Shown here: one piece after another, positions 1 to 8,523 of the stretch | Position numbering within the stretch: position 1 is the stretch's first letter | How the letters are laid out: every line of letters starts with the position of its first letter | From: a virus | Lineage: Duplodnaviria > Caudoviricetes | IMG/VR virus record: IMGVR_UViG_3300022178_000319 | Span: 1-31,574 of that record | Strand: one strand, 5' to 3' | Length of the DNA: 31,574 nt | The notes under the pieces: model-generated | The model's input: the letters and a program-made list of their open reading frames with translations, nothing else | Told to the model about the DNA's origin: nothing | The model's database searches: none | Program-made: the position numbers and the translations under genes

Positions 1-809
1 ATTCTAAACTGCCCGCCAGATGTTATAACTCTAGTATTTCTGTCGGTAATGTCTGTTTCAACGAGGTCAAGTAAAGCGAATTCGCCTTGAATTTTGCCTT
101 GTCCATCAACAGTCAAACCATCAGCCGACACAGTACCGGACACGTCGATGCCTGTGGAGCTGACGGTTAGCGCCTCAACGTAAGGGCCGCCATCTGAGGC
201 AGTAGAAACTACTTTTAGAACGCCTGTAGTTGTTGCGTCAGCGCCTACAGCAAGTAATCGGCTAACTGACGAACCGCCATAGTCAAGCATTACTGAACCA
301 GCGTTTAAGCCATTAAGACTTCCATTAGCAGTTAAGCTATCTGAAAGAGTGTTGCCAGTTACGTCGATGCCTGTAGCGGTGGTGGCTAGTTTTTCTGCTC
401 CTGCATAGTACACTTTAGATGCACCACCTTCACCTGCTTTAAAGTAGTTATTCCCAGATGAATCTTGTAAGCGTAAGTCATTACCAGCAGATATATTTAA
501 GTCACCAGCACCTACGTCTTTGATTAAACTATTTAAGCCATCATGATAAATCTGTAGGTCTGAACCAGCACCGAAGATAGCTTTGTCGTTGTCACCGAAA
601 GACACGTTGCCTGTGAACGAGCCTGTCGTAAACGAACCAGCCGCCGCAGTAGTGCCACCGATGACAGTCCCGTCGATAGTTCCGCCGTCAATGTTGGCTG
701 TAGTAGAGCCGCCGTATGTTACTTTGACGTTGCCACCAGAGCGCACAGCGATAAGCGTGTCGCCCCCTTGAATAACACCGCCATCTGATAAATCGCTGAT
801 TTTTGACAT
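1..809 (-). CDS. Tail fibre protein, N-terminal part (runs off the window edge)
   Basis: Not in the ORF track. Manual translation from ATG at 809 is open to base 1: MSKISDLSDGGVIQGGDTLIAVRSGGNVKV...FGDNDKAIFGAGSDLQIYHDG...EKLATTATGIDVTG. It shares modules with the fibre at 29191-31574. Confidence 0.85.
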   Translation of the reverse strand, partial: MSKISDLSDGGVIQGGDTLIAVRSGGNVKVTYGGSTTANIDGGTIDGTVIGGTTAAAGSFTTGSFTGNVSFGDNDKAIFGAGSDLQIYHDGLNSLIKDVGAGDLNISAGNDLRLQDSSGNNYFKAGEGGASKVYYAGAEKLATTATGIDVTGNTLSDSLTANGSLNGLNAGSVMLDYGGSSVSRLLAVGADATTTGVLKVVSTASDGGPYVEALTVSSTGIDVSGTVSADGLTVDGQGKIQGEFALLDLVETDITDRNTRVITSGGQFR

Positions 810-876
810 CTGGATAACCTTCTAAATAGTTGAGTTCATTTTACACCCAATGGGCGTTCTTTTGTTCCTTACCTGC

Positions 877-1065
877 CTATGGCTCTATGTAAGCCAGAAT
901 CTCAGGCTCACCCGTGCCTGGATTTACAAAGGTCGCCAGCCAATACTGCGACACATCAGTTGCCTCATCTTCACTAACGGCAGTCTCTGCTGATGATGGG
1001 TCGTCATAAGTTCCGATAACAACATTGACCCCTTCGTTGTTTGTGTAGCCTGCTACAGTAGACAT
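877..1065 (-). CDS. Hypothetical acidic 62-aa protein downstream of the tail tip gene
   Basis: GAGGA SD upstream; tightly packed after the tail tip gene stop. Confidence 0.65.
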   Translation of the reverse strand: MSTVAGYTNNEGVNVVIGTYDDPSSAETAVSEDEATDVSQYWLATFVNPGTGEPEILAYIEP

Positions 1066-1072
1066 ACTTTCC

Positions 1073-4000
1073 TCACGTCATTAAAAATACTTGAGTCTCA
1101 ATACTGCTCAAATTCAAACTGCCTGAACTCTTGTTCTGTGTATTAACTCTAATTCTGTAGTCTTCTGCCGCATTACTTTTTGCCAGCGGTTGAGTCAAAG
1201 GCAGTGTTATCGTTGCTGAGAAAGAGCCGAGGTCTGGAATCGGAAAGCGTTGCGCACCACCGGCATCACTCAGCCACAAACTGGCAGACGTCCACCTGTC
1301 AGGATTGTAGTACAAAGTGCCTGTCGTAAATTGAGGTACTGATGAGCTTGCTGATGAATAAACAATGCGGGTTCGATCAACGGAGCCGATATACTCGACA
1401 GCCTTCGGCGTAACCTGACTCGCACCAGAATTTTGATTTGGTCCGATGCCGCCATAAACATCTATCTCTTTTGTGTGGTTGCCGCTTACCTCGGCGTAGT
1501 GCGTGTAAGGTAAGATGTTGCCTGATCCGACGACAGTTCCAATACTCGTGCCGGTTGTAGTTCCTTTGCTCTTTCTATCAAATTGCATCACCAGCAGGCA
1601 GTCATCTAGCGAGGTAGAAGGTATGTATTTGACCTTCCCAATCAGGCTCGCATATTTATAGATCGGACTGTCAGGGGCTGGTATAGAAAACTCAGTAAAC
1701 GTGTCTGGAGTAGTCGGCACTGTATGCGACGGATACTTGAATACAGATAGGTTGAATACTTCTGACACGTCGCCCGACAGGTTAGCGACTTGCAGGTTTG
1801 TGATGCTGGTCTGATCGCCATCAAGCGACAGCACTTGCGAATCGCTAATTTCGTTATTGCCTATGGCAGTACCTTGTATCGTGCCTGTTGCAATCAGGTC
1901 GCCATTAACTTCTACGTCAGCGTTGAACGTGACTGTGCCGGTCGTGTTATCGATAGCAAAAGGCGTTTTGGTTTGTGACTCATCGCCCGAAACAATCGCA
2001 AACTGATCGGCTTGTATCGTAAAGCTAGAACCGCTTGCGTCTGCCGTAGCCTTAAAGCCTGAGATGTTACCACCCGCACTGACAGTCAAATAGGCTTCTG
2101 CCTCAAGGTCAGTGATTGCTGTGCTGTTTGCCGATGCAGTTGTAGATGCGCCTGATGCTACGGTTGCCGTTGCCGCAAGGCCAGTGCTGGGGTCGTTAAT
2201 GGTTGAGGTCAGTGTGGTAATGCTTGACGCGTTAGACGTAATATTGCCCTCGGCCGTAGTGACTCGCGTTGTAAGTCCAGACACTGCTGTGGCATTGGTT
2301 GTGATATTGCCTTCGGCTGTGGTCAGGTCAGACTGTAGCGTTGTGATGTCACTTGCCTGACTTGTAATCGTCCCCTCTGCGCTTGTGACTCGCGTGTCTA
2401 GTGCAGAGATTGCTGAAGCGTTAGTCGTGATATTACCTTCGGCAGAAGTAACATCTGACTGTAGCGTTGTGATGTCAGACGATTGCGAAGTGATAGTACC
2501 TTCTGCTGTCGTAACTCTGGTTGTTAGTCCACTTATGGCCGTAGCGTTTGTGCTGATATTTCCTTCAGCAGTCGTCACATCGGATTGCAGTGTTGTGATA
2601 TCTGAAGACTGTGACGTAATGGTGCCTTCCGCGCTGGTGACGCGGGTGTCTAGTCCTGATATTGCCGTGGCATTGGTCGAGACGTTGCTGTTCGTTGTTG
2701 CTAGGCTAGATTGCAGAGCTGTTATGTCAGACGCTTGTGACGTGATACTGCCTTCAGCAGTCGTGACGCGCGTGGTTAAAGCGGTCAGCCCTGTCGCGTT
2801 GCTGGTTATGTTGCCCTCTGCTGTCGTCAAATCTGACTGCAATGTAGTGACGTCTGAGCTAAGGCTGGTGATTGTTCCTTCTGCCGATGTTACGCGTGTG
2901 GTCAATCCAGAGATGGCCGTCGCATTGGTCGTTATATTACCTTCAGCCGATGTCAGGTCTGATTGCAGGCTCGTAATGTCTGACGCCTGTGAGGTTATAC
3001 TTCCCTCTGCCGTAGTCACCCGCGTGGTTAAGCTAGTAATCGCACTCGCATTAGTTGTGACCGACCCGTCTAGTGTTGTGAGGTCCGACTGCAACGTAGT
3101 GATGTCTGATGACTGTGAGGTGATCGTACCCTCTGCGCTGGTGACTCTTGCATCAAGTGCGTTGGTTGCTGTGCTGGTGGCTGTAGCAACATCAGTCGAT
3201 TCATTTAGTAAAAGATCGTCACCGCCCTCAGTCGTTACAACACCATCGGATTCGTCTTGTATTTTAAGAAGGTCAGTAAATGTTGCCTCAAGCGTTGTGA
3301 TGTCGCTCGCGCTAGACGTTATAGAGCCTTCGGCAGTTGTGACGCGTGTAGTTAGCGCAGACAATCCAGAAGCATTGGCCGCTACACCTGTCGTGCCATT
3401 GTTTACCGTTGATTCCAGTGCGGTAATGTCAGAGGCTTGTGAGGTAATTGACCCTTCGGCCGTCGTGACCCGAGTGTCTAGTCCTGATATTGCTGATGCG
3501 TTTGCCGCAACACCCGTGGAACCATTATTCACAGTCGTTTCTAATGCTGTGATGTCTGAGCTGTTGGTTGTTATGCTACCTTCGGCAGTTGTGACTCTTG
3601 TAGTCAAAGACGTAATGGCAGAGGCGTTGGTTGTAATGTCACCTTCTGCCGATGTCATGTCTGACTGAAGCGTAGTCACATCGCTAGAGAGGCTAGTGAT
3701 AGAGCCTTCAGCACTTGTAACTCGTGTATCAAGCGAACTGACCGCACTCGCGTTAGCCGCTACACCTGTCGAAGCATCATTAACTGTCGACTCTAGGGCG
3801 GTGATGTCTGTCGCGTTAGTGGTGATACTACCTTCAGCCGTAGTAACCCTAGTGGTCAATGCGCCAAGTGCGTTAGAGGTCGCTACAACGCCGGTCGAGC
3901 CATTGTTTACAGTAGTCTCTAAAGCCGTTATGTCTGATGCGTTTGTTGTGATGTTGCCTTCGGCGGACGTCATGCGGGTAGTTAGTCCGCTCACTGCCGT

Positions 4001-6895
4001 TGCATTTGTTGTGATATCACCCTGCGCCGTTGTCATGTCCGATTGCAGTGTGGTCACGTCACTAGTAACAGACGTTATGTTGCCTTCTGCGGAAGTAACT
4101 CTGGTTGTCAGCCCTGATATTGCGGTCGCATTTGTAGTGATGTCTGTCTGCGCTGTCGATACATCTGACTGCGTAGTCGTTAAGGATGACTGCAATGTTG
4201 TGACACTGCCCGATAGCGAAGTGATCGAGTTACCTTGCGCGACGGTGGTTGTGTCAAGCGCAGTAATCGCTGTCGAGTTTCCAGAGATGTTCGAGTTCGC
4301 TGTATTCATCTCCGACTGTAACGTCGTGATGGCTGATGCGTTGCTCGCAATACGTGGGTCAGCTAGACCAACCCATGCCGTGCCACTCCAGTAGTAAGGT
4401 TCATTGTTATCGTCTGAGTCATACCATCGAGAGAAATCTGGTATTGGGTCAGGGATGCCGCCGACACCAGCAACCGGCGCTGTAGCCTGTACGAAGATGT
4501 CGCTCGTTCCACTAGTCAAATCGACGACAGTGCTTTCAAGATTGCTTAGGCTTGTCTGTACCGTGTTGATGCTAGTGTTCAGTGTGGTGTTGCTTTCGTT
4601 GACGAAGATGGCCACGTCGCCAAGATTCTGAATCAGTACGTCTTGGCCTGTCTCAAGATCAAGAACATCACCTGACTCGACCTGCACATTGAGTATCTCA
4701 GTGCGTGATGCGGCGTCATTGATGATTGCGGCTACAGTGCTTTCTATCTCTGTAATGCTGACGGCACCACTGGCAATCTGCCCCGTGTCTACTGCGTCAT
4801 CTGCAATCTGGTCGTTAGTGATTGCGTCGTCTGCCACGTCAGTAGTATTGACAAGCAACGAGGTCGAGCTTTGCTGTGTTGTGTATGCGGACTTATTACC
4901 TGAGAAATCGACCGCACGAATGTGGAAGTATCGAGTAACTTGCCCTGTCAGCCCAGAGGCTATGTATTCCTCACCACCGACTTTTGCGGTAGGGGTAGCG
5001 CTCACTGAGGGCGTGGCGCTCGTCGTCGTTACATGGACTTCTACGAAGGCCAGATCGATGTCTGTCGGGTTGGTCCACTCACAGGTTATCTGATTGATGC
5101 CTGCGGTTAGCGTTACGGCAGTCGGTACACTTGGCGCAGTAGTGTCGCCGTTAAGTGCGCGGTTGTTAATGCTGGTGCCAGAGCTTTGCACACCGATAAG
5201 GTTCTGCGCTCTTACACGGAAATCATAATTGCTGGTTATATCTAAGCCTTCAAGCAATGCCCGAGGCTCACGCGTTTGTACTTCTAGGTATTCAGTTGTG
5301 CCATTCTTGTTGTAGCGAACAGTGTAGAACTCAATGAATGCGTCATCCGGCGCAGTCCATACAAGCTCAACGGTAGACTTTAAACGACCATCTGGTCCGC
5401 GCAAGCCTATCTCTGTGGCCGTCAGGCTAGTGACGTTAGCTACTGTCCGACCATCGTAAAGGTCTAGTTCGCCGCCACTTAAAAAGTCTTCTTGGTCACT
5501 GGTGGTCCAGTCATACAAAGCTGACGCTGTTTCAATGCACGTCAGGTTTACAGCAAGTGCGCCGCCATCAGCAATCGCCAGCGAGTAGTCGATAACCTCG
5601 AATACTTTAGAACTGTAGCCGAGCCGCGCATTGGTGACGTTAATTGTGTCGCCTACCTTTACGCGCAAGCCCTTTAGGTTGACAGCCATTGTGATAACGG
5701 TCTGCTGGCGTGATTTTAGTAATGCGACTTTGGCTAAACGCTGTGCCTGTACGTTGTTGGTGACGAACGGCAACGGCATATCAAGATATATCGGATCGCC
5801 GTCTTCTGTGGCGAATGTAGAGCTGATCTGAGCGGGGTAATCTAATACCTTGTAGTTCTTCTCTTCAGATACAAAGATGCCTTTAACGCCGTTATAGGTC
5901 GTTCTGCGGGACTGTTTGGTCTGAGTCTGAATGTCACTAATGCAATCGGCTTCGTCGAATGTCACGGTCGGCGCTATGTATTCTGCACCGTGAAGAAAAT
6001 ACTTGCCGCCAGAATAGGTGACTCTGCCGCCCATCGCAGAAAGCATTTGCTCAATGTTGTCGCGTATCTGGTTCGCAGTGTCTATGACGCCATTGAGTGT
6101 GTATCGGTTCTGTGTGCCGCCACCATCAAGGGATATTGATTCTTCACAAAGGTCAGCCGCCGCTTCAAGTGTCGTCGAGTCAATCAGCGTGTAGTCTTCT
6201 GCAAGGCCGTAGGAGCTTACTAAATAGTCACGCGCACAAAGCGCAGGGTTTTGCGAATAAGTCCATGTGCTTGCATCTGTGGCGCTCTGACTACCGATGC
6301 GAGGGTCATATACCTTTTTGCCTTTGATGACCGCGCTGATGTTTGGTACGCCTTGCGGAAACTTGTCAGCATCCCACTCTAGCCTCAGAGCAAGGTAAGC
6401 AATGCCTGACAATTTATGATCTGATGTCCATAAGACATTAGCGTTCACGAGGTCAGTCGATGCGGCCTGTCCTGCCGTGCCAAACTTACGGTCGATTGTG
6501 ACGTATGTACCCCAGTCACTTTGAAAGCCGCCACTGAGCGTCCACACCTTCTTGTCGTTAAACCAAATCTCTTCGTAACTTTCGATTTCATGGCTGGCAA
6601 AGGCGATGGCTAGGTGTAGATACTTGTTGTCATCTCCCGAATGCGAAATGAAAACAACTTGCCCGCCAACGCGCATCTGCCCATAAACGAGGTTGCGTGA
6701 GCCTGCCGGTTCGCGTGATGTTTGTGTGATGCCTCTGAGTTGAGCGCCAAGACTAGGCTTTGGTGTTAATGCGCGAGAAACAATAGAAAGCCCTGCGCCT
6801 ATCGCAAACGCGGTTGCAAAAGACGCTAGCGCAAAGCCAGTCGCTATTCCGCCTGCTACGGCACTAACTAATCCTGCAACTGCCGCAATCGCCAT
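1073..6895 (-). CDS. Tail tip / host-specificity protein (lambda gpJ-like) with FN3-like domains and a long coiled-coil fibre
   Basis: N-terminal hydrophobic segment followed by VYGQMRVGG and GKKVYDPR...NPALCARDYL; FN3-like segments (YDFRVRAQN, YFHIRAVDFSGNKS); heptad repeats; gpJ-like FTIQADQFAI near the C-terminus; position after the hub gene. Confidence 0.9.
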   Translation of the reverse strand: MAIAAVAGLVSAVAGGIATGFALASFATAFAIGAGLSIVSRALTPKPSLGAQLRGITQTSREPAGSRNLVYGQMRVGGQVVFISHSGDDNKYLHLAIAFASHEIESYEEIWFNDKKVWTLSGGFQSDWGTYVTIDRKFGTAGQAASTDLVNANVLWTSDHKLSGIAYLALRLEWDADKFPQGVPNISAVIKGKKVYDPRIGSQSATDASTWTYSQNPALCARDYLVSSYGLAEDYTLIDSTTLEAAADLCEESISLDGGGTQNRYTLNGVIDTANQIRDNIEQMLSAMGGRVTYSGGKYFLHGAEYIAPTVTFDEADCISDIQTQTKQSRRTTYNGVKGIFVSEEKNYKVLDYPAQISSTFATEDGDPIYLDMPLPFVTNNVQAQRLAKVALLKSRQQTVITMAVNLKGLRVKVGDTINVTNARLGYSSKVFEVIDYSLAIADGGALAVNLTCIETASALYDWTTSDQEDFLSGGELDLYDGRTVANVTSLTATEIGLRGPDGRLKSTVELVWTAPDDAFIEFYTVRYNKNGTTEYLEVQTREPRALLEGLDITSNYDFRVRAQNLIGVQSSGTSINNRALNGDTTAPSVPTAVTLTAGINQITCEWTNPTDIDLAFVEVHVTTTSATPSVSATPTAKVGGEEYIASGLTGQVTRYFHIRAVDFSGNKSAYTTQQSSTSLLVNTTDVADDAITNDQIADDAVDTGQIASGAVSITEIESTVAAIINDAASRTEILNVQVESGDVLDLETGQDVLIQNLGDVAIFVNESNTTLNTSINTVQTSLSNLESTVVDLTSGTSDIFVQATAPVAGVGGIPDPIPDFSRWYDSDDNNEPYYWSGTAWVGLADPRIASNASAITTLQSEMNTANSNISGNSTAITALDTTTVAQGNSITSLSGSVTTLQSSLTTTQSDVSTAQTDITTNATAISGLTTRVTSAEGNITSVTSDVTTLQSDMTTAQGDITTNATAVSGLTTRMTSAEGNITTNASDITALETTVNNGSTGVVATSNALGALTTRVTTAEGSITTNATDITALESTVNDASTGVAANASAVSSLDTRVTSAEGSITSLSSDVTTLQSDMTSAEGDITTNASAITSLTTRVTTAEGSITTNSSDITALETTVNNGSTGVAANASAISGLDTRVTTAEGSITSQASDITALESTVNNGTTGVAANASGLSALTTRVTTAEGSITSSASDITTLEATFTDLLKIQDESDGVVTTEGGDDLLLNESTDVATATSTATNALDARVTSAEGTITSQSSDITTLQSDLTTLDGSVTTNASAITSLTTRVTTAEGSITSQASDITSLQSDLTSAEGNITTNATAISGLTTRVTSAEGTITSLSSDVTTLQSDLTTAEGNITSNATGLTALTTRVTTAEGSITSQASDITALQSSLATTNSNVSTNATAISGLDTRVTSAEGTITSQSSDITTLQSDVTTAEGNISTNATAISGLTTRVTTAEGTITSQSSDITTLQSDVTSAEGNITTNASAISALDTRVTSAEGTITSQASDITTLQSDLTTAEGNITTNATAVSGLTTRVTTAEGNITSNASSITTLTSTINDPSTGLAATATVASGASTTASANSTAITDLEAEAYLTVSAGGNISGFKATADASGSSFTIQADQFAIVSGDESQTKTPFAIDNTTGTVTFNADVEVNGDLIATGTIQGTAIGNNEISDSQVLSLDGDQTSITNLQVANLSGDVSEVFNLSVFKYPSHTVPTTPDTFTEFSIPAPDSPIYKYASLIGKVKYIPSTSLDDCLLVMQFDRKSKGTTTGTSIGTVVGSGNILPYTHYAEVSGNHTKEIDVYGGIGPNQNSGASQVTPKAVEYIGSVDRTRIVYSSASSSVPQFTTGTLYYNPDRWTSASLWLSDAGGAQRFPIPDLGSFSATITLPLTQPLAKSNAAEDYRIRVNTQNKSSGSLNLSSIETQVFLMT
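2100..4350 (-). repeat. Tandem 42-codon repeats (15 RVT[T/S]AEG-type units) within the tail tip gene
   Basis: Unit such as LTTRVTTAEGSITSQASDITSLQSDLTSAEGNITTNATAISG equals 6 heptads. Seven units precede and eight follow an acidic interruption near 3190-3280. Confidence 0.9.
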
Positions 6896-6899
6896 ACTG

Positions 6900-7349
6900 T
6901 TACCTCAGAACTTTGCTAAAGACTGTCTCTATCTCTTCAAAGCCCAAGCGCTCCATAATTGGATCGAATGGCTGGTGCGTTTTGGTGTTGACGTGTAGCT
7001 TGGTCACGCCTTCCGCTTGCAGAGACTCCACTGCGAATTTTACCAGCTTTAGCCCCGTCAATCCCCTACGGGCTGACTTACGCAAGAATACAATGTCGTT
7101 GTTAGCAAATAAGTGGTCTTTGTAGTGTAGTGATCGGCTGACAAGGATGACGAAGTAACCCATCAGCTTGCCTTCTTTCCTAGCGGTGTAAATGCGCAGT
7201 GCGTTGATTCTGTCTAGTTCTGCGTATGCTCGCCAATCAGGATTGAGCTTTATGATTTCTTTATTTAACGCAATCTCTTTCCAATGCTCTTCAAGCAATG
7301 GCTCAATTTCTCGTCTGACCTTAGCCAGATTTTCAAGTGCAAAGTCCAT
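6900..7349 (-). CDS. GNAT-family acetyltransferase-like protein
   Basis: 149 aa with an acetyl-CoA binding motif A-like segment (IVFLRKSARRGLTGLKL) and C-terminal ERLGFEE. Confidence 0.8.
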   Translation of the reverse strand: MDFALENLAKVRREIEPLLEEHWKEIALNKEIIKLNPDWRAYAELDRINALRIYTARKEGKLMGYFVILVSRSLHYKDHLFANNDIVFLRKSARRGLTGLKLVKFAVESLQAEGVTKLHVNTKTHQPFDPIMERLGFEEIETVFSKVLR

Positions 7350-7987
7350 TAGTCTAATTGCCTCTGGTCTGATGGGAAATCACCGCCGCCGCCACCGCCA
7401 CGACTGCCACCGCCGCCTGAGCCTACAGAAGCGCGACCCCAGACGATTTCTTTCTCTGCCATCTCTGCGACAAACTCTAAGCCCTTATCATTAGGGTAGT
7501 CGATCTTTTGATCTTCGGCTGTGTAGCGTCTAATGCGGGTGCGCTCAAATTCGATCAGGCGGTTTTCAACTGTGACTTGGATGGTTGCAGTCTCGCCGCT
7601 ATCGTTGATCGTCATCGTATCCATGAAGCCACTGAAGATAATAACAGGGTCAGAGATGACGCCGTTGCTTGCATCCATTGCGCCAAGCAATACCTTTAGC
7701 TCGCGGCCTTGATAGTCTTCGTCTCTAGCCTTAGCGAGTAGCGGGCTGGTAACACCTGACAAGGTTACGGTAATGCCGTTGGCTGATAGCTCTGACGTCT
7801 CTGCAATCTCGCCAATACTTAGCAATGAGCCAGCGCCAACATAATCCACGCCATCAACGGTTAGGTCACCGATGCCGCTCCAAAGATTAAGATTGCCGGT
7901 GTCGAATGCACACTGCACCAATGTGATCGGGCGAACAAGGTCGGCGGTAACTGCCGACTGCATCCCCGACGTTAATGACCTGCTCAT
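7349..7987 (-). CDS. Baseplate hub / minor tail protein (gpL / DUF2163-like)
   Basis: Synteny; motifs LWSGIGDL, YVGAGSLLSI, IFSGFMD, RRYTAEDQK..YPNDKGLEFV, WG. Confidence 0.8.
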   Translation of the reverse strand: MSRSLTSGMQSAVTADLVRPITLVQCAFDTGNLNLWSGIGDLTVDGVDYVGAGSLLSIGEIAETSELSANGITVTLSGVTSPLLAKARDEDYQGRELKVLLGAMDASNGVISDPVIIFSGFMDTMTINDSGETATIQVTVENRLIEFERTRIRRYTAEDQKIDYPNDKGLEFVAEMAEKEIVWGRASVGSGGGGSRGGGGGGDFPSDQRQLD

Positions 7988-8523
7988 ATAGCCTCAACGC
8001 AAGCAAAAGTGAAACCGTACAAGCTAGCCTCGTTGATACTCCATCCAATTTCATTTGATGCGAGCCGCCATGTCCCTTTCGGTAAGGTAAAGTCTAAAGT
8101 GGTTGAGGTAGATATTGCAGTGCGGAGCGGTGGCATTATATCAAAGCTAGCCGCTTCAATATCGGTGATAATGTAAAGCGCGCCGCCTATCTCAAAGTAA
8201 TCACCAGCAACCGCGCCAGTCGTTGTGCCGGTCACAGTCGTGGCACCCTTTGTGCCTGCCGTAATCGTCCCCGTAGCCGTTGTATTGTGGATAGGGTTGC
8301 CCATCGTAAAGGTGCCTGCCTGACCCCTTAGAGCGGCAAAGAAAGCCTCTACCTGTTTGGCATCTGATCGCTTCAGTGGTGGCAGTTGCACCTCTGCTTC
8401 CCATCGGACGCCCTGATGCTGGTAAGTCTGCTGGTCATAGGTGAACGGTGACTGACTGATTGACGTTGCTGACCTAAGCCGCATCGTCATCGAGGTAAAC
8501 CCTACATTTGGAAACGCCGCCAT
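7984..8523 (-). CDS. Distal tail protein (Dit-like)
   Basis: Directly follows the tape measure gene; SPFT..QQ, AFFAALRG..GTF and C-terminal F.CVEA motifs. Confidence 0.75.
   Translation of the reverse strand: MAAFPNVGFTSMTMRLRSATSISQSPFTYDQQTYQHQGVRWEAEVQLPPLKRSDAKQVEAFFAALRGQAGTFTMGNPIHNTTATGTITAGTKGATTVTGTTTGAVAGDYFEIGGALYIITDIEAASFDIMPPLRTAISTSTTLDFTLPKGTWRLASNEIGWSINEASLYGFTFACVEAI

Noticed and set aside
2112-5093. Long + strand ORFs (427, 232, 134 aa) opposite the tail tip gene
   Set aside because: Antisense shadows of Thr/Ser/Ala-rich repeats. The products are Val-rich mirrors with no RBS or domain signal.
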